From: Nemertoderma westbladi
Taxonomy: Eukaryota; Animalia; Xenacoelomorpha
DNA: 49,904 nucleotides
Assembly: GCA_032718475.1 (NCBI GenBank)
Contig: JAUCBJ010008987.1
Span: forward strand, 1-49,904
Direction of reading: 5' to 3'
Shown here: positions 49,381 through 49,904 of the stretch, in pieces
How the letters are laid out: every line of letters starts with the position of its first letter
Numbering within the stretch: position 1 is the first letter of the stretch
The notes under the pieces: model-generated
The model's database searches: none
Seen by the model: only the letters and a program-made list of their open reading frames with translations
Told to the model about the DNA's origin: nothing
Made by a program: the position numbers and the translations under genes

Positions 49381-49904
49381 TTTGTTCTACGGCGTCTCTC
49401 AGTTCAGTCAGCCAATGAGAGCGTTTTTGTGGCTCCTTGTACAGAAAATTTCCGAGAAATGACGCAATGCCTATGTGCAGTGTTTACATTCAGTCTTGAG
49501 CCAAAGAAAGAACGGCTTGGAAGTATTTTGTGCTGTACTGTTTTTTAGTCGTACACTGGTAGGTTTAATTATAAAGGGCATATATCCTTTAACAAACGAC
49601 TACCTGCTGACATAACGGCATACCTAAAGACTACTGCTAACTGATCATACATCCTGACTGCTGAAACATTGCAAACTCGTAACAATCAGTGTTCAGTTGT
49701 TGTTTTATACTGCTATTTACTGTCAGTTCTTCATAATATGGTTGATGAATTATTATATTTGGAATAACGATAAATAACCCCGCAACCCAATATTCTTGAT
49801 ATACCGAAGGTAAGAGAGAAAGGTTACCAATAACGATTGTGACGTATGTTAAAGTGGTTTGAAGTGAATCTAATGTTATTTGATAGACCCTACATGAGTC
49901 AGCC

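Overview
Eukaryotic DNA, most likely from an invertebrate animal (inferred from the nuclear receptor exon, TFAM-like gene and repeat families), made almost entirely of transposon debris. Only two host-gene features are supported: one coding exon of an NR1-type nuclear receptor (first zinc finger, minus strand, 11703-11822, followed by an intron of more than 11 kb) and an intact TFAM-like two-HMG-box gene with no intron in its CDS (23763-24473). Most of the rest resolves into deeply nested insertions, many confirmed by target-site duplications (TSDs). (i) A 9-bp-TSD TIR element (1996-11636) holds a LINE that holds a second, near-intact LINE. (ii) A four-level MITE stack spans 14261-19190. (iii) A Pao protease relic > hAT > Helentron-like > P-like > MITE stack spans 31640-36170. 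Also present are RTE fragments, BEL/Pao LTR fragments, an Academ foldback element, a Sola2-like element, piggyBac MITEs, a tRNA-derived SINE with a Nin/Deu-like core and several minisatellites. No CRISPR array or prokaryotic system is present. The least explained items are a decayed orphan ORF between a PBS-like and a PPT-like site flanked by two non-matching LTR-like blocks (40277-44327), and a ~40-90 bp internal module shared by MITE families with unrelated termini. All family calls come from motif recognition by eye, not database searches.
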